Shown here: positions 58,046 through 63,424 of the stretch, one piece after another | How the letters are laid out: the number at the start of each line of letters is the position of its first letter | Numbering within the stretch: the first letter of the stretch is position 1 | Notes under the pieces: model-generated | Database searches by the model: none | Told to the model about the DNA's origin: nothing | The model's input: only the letters and a program-made list of their open reading frames with translations | Program-made: the position numbers and the translations under genes | From: a virus | Lineage: Duplodnaviria > Caudoviricetes | Reading direction: 5' to 3' (one strand) | IMG/VR virus record: IMGVR_UViG_3300028025_001987 | Location: 1-63,424 of that record | DNA: 63,424 nt

Positions 58046-58097
58046 TCCGTTTCATCTTTTCAGAATCATCAGTCGGGACAACTCATCCCGATACGGA
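58046..58097 (-). ncRNA. type III hammerhead ribozyme C
   Basis: UCCG-UA / UCGGGA-UGAGUUG-UCCCGA / CUGAUGA / UUCU-GAAA-AGAU / GAAA-CGGA; predicted cut after GUA (58092/58091). Confidence 0.85.
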
Positions 58098-58102
58098 GGG
58101 CA

Positions 58103-58118
58103 GTGTCTTTGAAGACAC
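58103..58118. repeat. 16-bp palindrome copy 5' of hammerhead C
   Basis: GTGTCTTTGAAGACAC. Confidence 0.9.
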
Positions 58119-58135
58119 CACCCATCGCCACAAGC

Positions 58136-59254
58136 CTAAGGTTGGAATCGTAATACCTCAGACTCAGTGAACCACTCATCGCAACCACTACAATGATAAT
58201 TTGCGAACGCATCGTGCTCTAAATCGTGAAAGCAATTCACACATATAGGTTTCTCATTCTCTATGTCGAACTCGCAATCGTCACACTCATCGTCCAATAT
58301 GTCTAACAAGCACACACTCTTCGGCTCATCGTAGCCCATCTGAGAAAATATGCTTTGATATTTTTTACTCTCCCTCTCATCCTCTTTCTCCCAAAAACTT
58401 AACGGCTTATAATTTTGCGTGTAAGTTTTGTGATGCTCTTTTCCGTCTGCTGTCTCACGAATGTTGAAGTATATCCAACACTTAAGCACTCCGTTCTTAG
58501 TAGTCACATCAACTTGCTTCCTGCGATACCAATCAGGATGACCCTCCAATCTATCTAACTGAGCCAACACACCTGAACTGACTTTGAATATGTCCACCTC
58601 CACGTGATGACCTTGTCCACTCTTCTCAATCAAGTAAGGTAGTCCACTGATGATAAGCGGATACTTGCTCTTCGTGTTCCCTTTGGATACAAATTTTGAA
58701 GCACTGAGGTAGTGATGGTAATTGTTGTACCCCTTCTTTAACGTGCCGTAGACAGCAATTAAATTGTCCTCAAGGACGTTGTCCTTGCTGTACCAAACGC
58801 CATCCCTCTGACTCCACAACTCTTTGTTGTAGATTTGGTATGTCCTGCTGTGCGTGTTAACCGATACAAACCTGCACTCATACTGCTCCAACTCCTTCTT
58901 CCACTTGTGGCGTGGTATCTCACCCAAGTTCTCTGCTAATACTTTTGAGTCACTCTTCTTGACATTGCCAAGTGCTCTGATAGTTCCGTTCATCATAAGC
59001 CACTCTTGTTTGTTGCTCCCGCATCTGAATGGATGCGTGTTGTCTTTGTTGATAGCACCAATCGTGGCGTATCTAAAGTGAGCAATGAATGGTCTCGCTG
59101 TGTCGAGTATCTTATACTCTGCTGATTTGTGATACGTTACCTCGAACGTATCCAACCATACAACTCCCAATCCGTGGGGATTAATTCGTGCTGAGGTCTT
59201 TGCAACCTCCTGAGGGACTTTCTTCCCTTTCTGCTTGATAATGATTACACACAT
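58136..59254 (-). CDS. class II glutamine amidotransferase fused to gamma-glutamylcyclotransferase and a Zn ribbon
   Basis: N-terminal Cys (MCVII), NPHGLG, HFRYAT.G....NTHPF, MNG; AVYGTLKKG...LDRLEGHP.WYRR; CVNC/CSGC. Confidence 0.9.
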   Translation of the reverse strand: MCVIIIKQKGKKVPQEVAKTSARINPHGLGVVWLDTFEVTYHKSAEYKILDTARPFIAHFRYATIGAINKDNTHPFRCGSNKQEWLMMNGTIRALGNVKKSDSKVLAENLGEIPRHKWKKELEQYECRFVSVNTHSRTYQIYNKELWSQRDGVWYSKDNVLEDNLIAVYGTLKKGYNNYHHYLSASKFVSKGNTKSKYPLIISGLPYLIEKSGQGHHVEVDIFKVSSGVLAQLDRLEGHPDWYRRKQVDVTTKNGVLKCWIYFNIRETADGKEHHKTYTQNYKPLSFWEKEDERESKKYQSIFSQMGYDEPKSVCLLDILDDECDDCEFDIENEKPICVNCFHDLEHDAFANYHCSGCDEWFTESEVLRFQP

Positions 59255-59276
59255 AAGCTAAATTGGTTTGTGGGCA

Positions 59277-59292
59277 GTGTCTTTGAAGACAC
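59277..59292. repeat. 16-bp palindrome copy in the leader of the GATase gene
   Basis: GTGTCTTTGAAGACAC between a promoter-like TATCTTCG (59321-59328) and the ATG. Confidence 0.9.
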
Positions 59293-59360
59293 AGAACCCG
59301 ATGATTGAACTAATATTGAACGAAGATACGACATAATTTAGACATAACCAAATTTATTTT

Positions 59361-59522
59361 TCAATAAAGTTTTTTGGCTGTCATCATTTTCCTATCTATT
59401 GTCAACCCTTCTGCTGAAAATTTGTAAAACGCTTTGTCGATAGCCTCCCACTTTGTGTGGGCGACTACCAAGCAAAGACTTTTTTTCAAATAAAAAACTC
59501 TGAAACAATACTGATTCTCCAT
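59361..59522 (-). CDS. small hypothetical protein (not in ORF track)
   Basis: MENQYCFRVFY...AKKLY, 53 aa, AATCA leader. Confidence 0.5.
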   Translation of the reverse strand: MENQYCFRVFYLKKSLCLVVAHTKWEAIDKAFYKFSAEGLTIDRKMMTAKKLY

Positions 59523-59569
59523 ATCTGATTTGATTTAAGTTCTCTCATCCCAAAGGGATGCGAGTATTT

Positions 59570-59860
59570 TTAATAATCATCCTCCAACCTCTCCCCTGCA
59601 TACGATGGGTCGAAGTATCTATCCTTACGATACGGGTACTTGTTGCTGTCATAACACTTGTCGCACCAATCCCCCGTACCATACCCGTAGGCGTCACATC
59701 TGCTTTCGACTATCTCCTTCGTGTCTTTGGTCTCGCATCCTCTACACCTCGGTAGATTCTCGTAGCACCTTTCACATAGGTCATCCTCAAACCACATATC
59801 GTGGCGTCCTTGTGGGCGTGAACAACTTGAGCACTCCCACACATCATTTGCTTTTGTCAT
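59570..59860 (-). CDS. Cys-rich Zn-finger protein
   Basis: Four CxxC pairs. Confidence 0.6.
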   Translation of the reverse strand: MTKANDVWECSSCSRPQGRHDMWFEDDLCERCYENLPRCRGCETKDTKEIVESRCDAYGYGTGDWCDKCYDSNKYPYRKDRYFDPSYAGERLEDDY

Positions 59861-60057
59861 TTTAATTTGCGTTTAGTTACGTGATAGATTCTGATTCCGT
59901 CCTCGATTTTCATATCAATGGGATACACTGATACGAGCACATCAAGGTAGTGCTTGTACTCCTCCAACTTATCCGCAGGTAAGTAAAGAAGTCTGTCGAT
60001 AACGTCCTGAATAATCTCATTACGTTGGGTCTCAATAGTCATTTGTTCTTTAGTCAT
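59857..60057 (-). CDS. hypothetical protein
   Basis: 66-aa ORF. Confidence 0.5.
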   Translation of the reverse strand: MTKEQMTIETQRNEIIQDVIDRLLYLPADKLEEYKHYLDVLVSVYPIDMKIEDGIRIYHVTKRKLK

Positions 60058-60068
60058 TTGAATTTGAT

Positions 60069-60365
60069 TTAAACTGTGATTGATAAAACATAATTAAAAA
60101 ACTCGTATAGAGGCATACTTGAATACTTAACCGCATCCGCATACGTATCAAAGAAGTACTCTTCATTATCCCTTTGAATTGCAAACTTAATCGCATACCC
60201 TCCCTGATAATTGGTAAAGTGGATAATCTCAATCCAATTATCTAAGACAATGTGCCCTTGCGTCTTTGTCGGGTCATAGATTGCGTACTTGATTCTTGCC
60301 GTTGGACATTGCTCGTAGTACACCACGAATAATTCCTCCATCATTTGTTGATAATCTTTAGTCAT
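60069..60365 (-). CDS. hypothetical protein
   Basis: Start moved to MTKDYQQ behind AATCAAATCAAG, just 3' of hammerhead B. Confidence 0.55.
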   Translation of the reverse strand: MTKDYQQMMEELFVVYYEQCPTARIKYAIYDPTKTQGHIVLDNWIEIIHFTNYQGGYAIKFAIQRDNEEYFFDTYADAVKYSSMPLYEFFNYVLSITV

Positions 60366-60388
60366 CTTGATTTGATTTAAGTGGTTTC

Positions 60389-60436
60389 CGTTTCGTCCTT
60401 TGGGACTCATCAGCCCGAGCAACACACTCAGGGACG
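60389..60436 (-). ncRNA. type III hammerhead ribozyme B
   Basis: CG-UC / CCUGAG-UGUGUUG-CUCGGG / CUGAUGA / GUCC-CAAA-GGAC / GAAA-CG; predicted cut after GUC (60433/60432). Confidence 0.88.
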
Positions 60437-60438
60437 CA

Positions 60439-60454
60439 GTGTCTTTGAAGACAC
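60439..60454. repeat. 16-bp palindrome copy 5' of hammerhead B
   Basis: GTGTCTTTGAAGACAC. Confidence 0.9.
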
Positions 60455-60463
60455 CGCCACTTG

Positions 60464-61039
60464 TTAAGCAAGGCAATAAGCCTCAGATAAAATTCTCACC
60501 GCCTTATCTACATCCTCAGGACGGACAACTACAAAATAGTTAGGTCGATACACGCCATCAGTATCTGACTCCGTCTTTCTTGTTGGTATCCCTTCCCCGT
60601 TTAACATTGCCTCCACCGGCTCGATGCTTGCCTCTTTCAATGAATGAAACACCGCATACACCGGCTTACTGTAACCCTCCGGCATCCACTCACTCGTCAC
60701 ATCAAACTCAGGCTCCTGCACATTCGCCCCATCCACATATTCAATCCCATCATTCCACGCATCCACGTTGACCCATCCACCCTCCCACGCCCTGCCATTG
60801 AGGAACCAATTGCCCCTGACTTGTTGGATATGCACACCGCTCAATCCATTGAGCCTCTCCTTTGTGGTTTTACTCTTCCATCCTGCATTGCTTATCCATA
60901 AGCCATCCCTCCTGATTTCGGCTATCTTGTTGTCGAATAGCCATAAACTCTCACCATCCGTTCTGCTGTTGTCGATTCGTAATGAACGGCTATTTTGAAA
61001 AGCGTTCACGATATCTTGTGTTATCTGTCTCATTGTCAA
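60464..61039 (-). CDS. conserved phage early protein
   Basis: L..N.IA......I...GW.S.TTKERLN pattern. Confidence 0.65.
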   Translation of the reverse strand: MTMRQITQDIVNAFQNSRSLRIDNSRTDGESLWLFDNKIAEIRRDGLWISNAGWKSKTTKERLNGLSGVHIQQVRGNWFLNGRAWEGGWVNVDAWNDGIEYVDGANVQEPEFDVTSEWMPEGYSKPVYAVFHSLKEASIEPVEAMLNGEGIPTRKTESDTDGVYRPNYFVVVRPEDVDKAVRILSEAYCLA

Positions 61040-61052
61040 TTGATTTAAATGG

Positions 61053-61247
61053 TTACTTAATTATTTTCTTTAACTCAGTCTCAAGCATTTGCATAGAGAC
61101 AGCGACTAAGAAAATTGATGACATCCATACAAAAAGGGTAACACCTGCTGACGTGTTAAACTTGTAAGGCAAATAAACTCCGATAATTGCTCCTAATAAG
61201 CCACTACCAAATAAGATTCCGATTTTTGTGATTACTGATTTTTTCAT
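61053..61247 (-). CDS. small two-TM membrane protein
   Basis: Two hydrophobic segments. Confidence 0.55.
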   Translation of the reverse strand: MKKSVITKIGILFGSGLLGAIIGVYLPYKFNTSAGVTLFVWMSSIFLVAVSMQMLETELKKIIK

Positions 61248-61252
61248 TTTGA

Positions 61253-61381
61253 TTAGATTTGATTGATTAATAAATTTTGTTCTGCTTGCTCCATAAAGTA
61301 GTCGAACTCAAAAATAAGACGCCACTCGTGTAAGGCTTGCTCGTTGGGAAATGTCATCCCGTTGTGGTTTACTGATTCCAT
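61253..61381 (-). CDS. small hypothetical protein (not in ORF track)
   Basis: MESVNHNGMTFPNEQALHEW..., 42 aa, AATCAAATG start just 3' of hammerhead A. Confidence 0.45.
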   Translation of the reverse strand: MESVNHNGMTFPNEQALHEWRLIFEFDYFMEQAEQNLLINQI

Positions 61382-61403
61382 TTGATTAAATTTTTTGTGG
61401 TTT

Positions 61404-61454
61404 GCTGTTTCGTTCTTTAGAACTCATCAGGAGGGATACTCATCCCCCGACAGC
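61404..61454 (-). ncRNA. type III hammerhead ribozyme A
   Basis: GCUG-UC / GGGGGA-UGAGUA-UCCCUC / CUGAUGA / GUUC-UAAA-GAAC / GAAA-CAGC; predicted cut after GUC (61449/61448). Confidence 0.92.
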
Positions 61455-61458
61455 GGAA

Positions 61459-61474
61459 GTGTCTTTGAAGACAC
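61459..61474. repeat. 16-bp palindrome copy 5' of hammerhead A
   Basis: GTGTCTTTGAAGACAC. Confidence 0.9.
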
Positions 61475-61486
61475 TCCCTCTCGTGA

Positions 61487-62365
61487 TTAATAGTTTCGCA
61501 CGTATTGTGCAATATCTTGATGCACCTCACCTTTCAGAATGTACGCCCTGAATAGCTTTGATAACCTCAACACCTCGTTGGCGTCATCCTCATTGCCATT
61601 ATACATTGAAACAATGATAGGCTTGATTTTCTTAAGCAATCCTTCGTGTGAGCCATTAGGCGTTGCGATGCTGTAGTTAACAATCTCATACATTAGCTCA
61701 TATCTCCTCATCATTTGCTTAACTGACTGAAAGCGAGACGGAACCCTAAACTCAAGGCATCCACCCTTTACAAGGGCTAATTGGTACTTGTGGTGCCAAT
61801 TGGTAGACTCGGTTGAATTTTGCATCCTGCTATTGTAACTGCAATAACTATTTGCTATTCGCTTTTTGAATAGAGCAAGGACGATACCGCAATTTTTACG
61901 AATGGCATCCCTCAAGGCATCACCACTCATCCCCTCACAAGCTATGGTGATATGACCGCCACACCTTCTATCCGAAGGGCTAAACCTATCATCGATAATC
62001 TTTTCAGCCTTGTGCATCATATCATAAACTTTTGTCCTCCACCCACCTGCAGGTAACAAAGGGAGCACGTGGGTAACGGCTTCGTATCCGCACGACCCAT
62101 CACGCTCAAACCCACAAAATAATTCATATTCACGCACCGCATTACGGCTCAATTGGTTTTTCTCAACCTCAAACCCAATTGTAAATTTAGAGGCATACTC
62201 ACCGCTTTCAAACTTAATCGAACTACGCTGTTGTGCCGGCTTAAGCCCTGCAATATCGACAGCGTGTTTGCTTTTGTTTAGAAACAATGGCGAAGGCTTA
62301 GAGTGGTAACTTGCCACTTGACCCCTTCGACTTTCTCCTGTTGTTGAATAAATGATTCCGTTCAT
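61487..62365 (-). CDS. putative amidoligase (COOH-NH2 ligase, amidoligase_2-like)
   Basis: IGFEVE, .DGS..YE.VT, CGGHI, KY..L....LEFR. Confidence 0.75.
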   Translation of the reverse strand: MNGIIYSTTGESRRGQVASYHSKPSPLFLNKSKHAVDIAGLKPAQQRSSIKFESGEYASKFTIGFEVEKNQLSRNAVREYELFCGFERDGSCGYEAVTHVLPLLPAGGWRTKVYDMMHKAEKIIDDRFSPSDRRCGGHITIACEGMSGDALRDAIRKNCGIVLALFKKRIANSYCSYNSRMQNSTESTNWHHKYQLALVKGGCLEFRVPSRFQSVKQMMRRYELMYEIVNYSIATPNGSHEGLLKKIKPIIVSMYNGNEDDANEVLRLSKLFRAYILKGEVHQDIAQYVRNY

Positions 62366-62389
62366 TGTAGTAAATTTTAGGTGGTTAAA

Positions 62390-63037
62390 TTATCTATTTT
62401 GTAAACTGAAATTCAATACAGCGATTGCCTCCCTGATTTGCTCATCGCTGTTTGTGGTTTTTACTAAGCCGTTTGCATCGATACGCACTGAAACATTGCC
62501 GGCTTCGTTTTTGTACGTGAAAGTTAAAATGGTTTCAACACGTGTTTCAACTTGTGGCTCACTTTCAGCGTCTCCGCTTTCAGCGTCTCCGCCTTCTCCA
62601 CCTGCATTGGTGCCCGACTCCACCTGCTTTGCAAATTTTAATAAACCCTCAAGGCTTCTATTCGGCTCCTCACCTTGAGCCTCTACCTCATTGCATTTTG
62701 CATTGAATGACTCGATAACCTCGGGCTGTAGGCGTCCTGCTTTCACTACTTTGTAGAAAAAACTTTTTTGCCATCCAAAAACTTTTTGTCCAATCTCCTC
62801 ATTGCTCCAACTGATACCCTCATCGGTGCAAACTCTTTGCCCCTCCGGTGATTGAAACCAATCTACAGCCGTAGTAACTAACTTACTCAAGGCAAGCGTT
62901 TGCTCGAATTTCTTTTTCTTAGCATTCGTGATAGTACGTTGCACGCTCCTAATTTCGCTCAAGTTCAAGCCCTGCTTGACTTGTGGTAGGCTTAGGAAAG
63001 CCGTTTCGATTGATAGTAATTGACTCATTGTGTTCAT
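62390..63037 (-). CDS. hypothetical early protein
   Basis: 215-aa ORF, first gene after the 63068 promoter. Confidence 0.65.
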   Translation of the reverse strand: MNTMSQLLSIETAFLSLPQVKQGLNLSEIRSVQRTITNAKKKKFEQTLALSKLVTTAVDWFQSPEGQRVCTDEGISWSNEEIGQKVFGWQKSFFYKVVKAGRLQPEVIESFNAKCNEVEAQGEEPNRSLEGLLKFAKQVESGTNAGGEGGDAESGDAESEPQVETRVETILTFTYKNEAGNVSVRIDANGLVKTTNSDEQIREAIAVLNFSLQNR

Positions 63038-63067
63038 TTTTTGGTTATTAATTGATTAATTCTTTCA

Positions 63068-63075
63068 CAAATATA
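63068..63075 (-). promoter_or_regulatory. -7 promoter element for the early operon
   Basis: TATATTTG on the minus strand. Confidence 0.6.
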
Positions 63076-63230
63076 GTTTATTACTCCATTCCACCAAATA
63101 AATATTTGCTTTTTTTTGGCTCATTACGTGAAACCCTTATGAATAAAGGGCTTGAGGCTTCGATATTCTTGTACTATGTTTGAACTAAGGATGAACAAAG
63201 GAGGGGCAAAGCCTTCTTTCTAGGGGCTTT

Positions 63231-63246
63231 GTGTCTTTAAAGACAC
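63231..63246. repeat. 16-bp perfect palindrome copy
   Basis: GTGTCTTTAAAGACAC. Confidence 0.9.
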
Positions 63247-63298
63247 TAACAAAGGGGAACGGCAGGCAATGTCAGGCAATTGCAGGCAATGAGCGTAA

Positions 63299-63424
63299 AA
63301 CGTACTATCACGAATGCTAAGAAAAAGAAATTCGAGCAAACGCTTGCCTTGAGTAAGTTAGTTACTACGGCTGTAGATTGGTTTCAATCACCGGAGGGGC
63401 AAAGAGTTTGCACCGATGAGGGTA
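63299..63424. repeat. exact inverted copy of 62815-62940 at the contig end
   Basis: Reverse complement of an internal segment of the 62390-63037 gene. Confidence 0.9.

Larger units (their letters stand above)
1..63424. mobile_element. Tailed dsDNA bacteriophage genome (Bacteroidota host, podovirus-like, no integrase seen)
   Basis: Terminase-portal-scaffold-capsid-tail-ejection gene order, lysis cassette, replication/recombination genes on the opposite strand, no host housekeeping context. Confidence 0.95.

Noticed and set aside
59255-59330. A fourth hammerhead next to the 59277 palindrome
   Set aside because: No CUGAUGA...GAAA core follows; likewise none seen at 19492, 26559, 49290, 54124 or 63231
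60366-60476. N-terminal extension of the 60069 ORF through hammerhead B
   Set aside because: Better start at 60365 with an AATCA leader; the extension reads through structured RNA and is probably fortuitous
54124-63246. Palindrome copies as a CRISPR array
   Set aside because: Only 16 bp, separated by kilobases of genes, irregular spacing, no cas genes
1-63424. Stop-codon reassignment as in some Bacteroidota phages
   Set aside because: Genes are long and densely packed under the standard code; no suppressor tRNA seen

Overview
The window is most or all of a ~63 kb AT-rich tailed phage of a Bacteroidota host (TAnnTTTG promoters, A-rich starts without Shine-Dalgarno), probably podovirus-like and lytic. 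The + strand (1-47.6 kb) carries groEL, a DUF2829/Tad2-like gene, groES, a lysis cassette, a 2850-aa tail fibre, terminase, portal, scaffold, capsid, tail proteins and ejection proteins. The largest ejection protein (2969 aa) is multidomain, with GNAT and RelA/SpoT-like domains and nested +1-frame ORFs. The - strand (47.6-63 kb) carries nucleases, an SF2 helicase, a primase-helicase, SSB, a RecE-like/Sak recombination pair and early genes including an amidoligase and a GATase-GGCT fusion. The most striking signal is an apparent RNA-processing system in the early region. Three type III hammerhead ribozymes and an anticodon-less tRNA-like RNA each sit just after a stop codon and directly behind the same 16-nt palindrome (GTGTCTT-NN-AAGACAC), which occurs nine times in the window. 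All calls are by eye from the sequence and ORF track; no searches were run.
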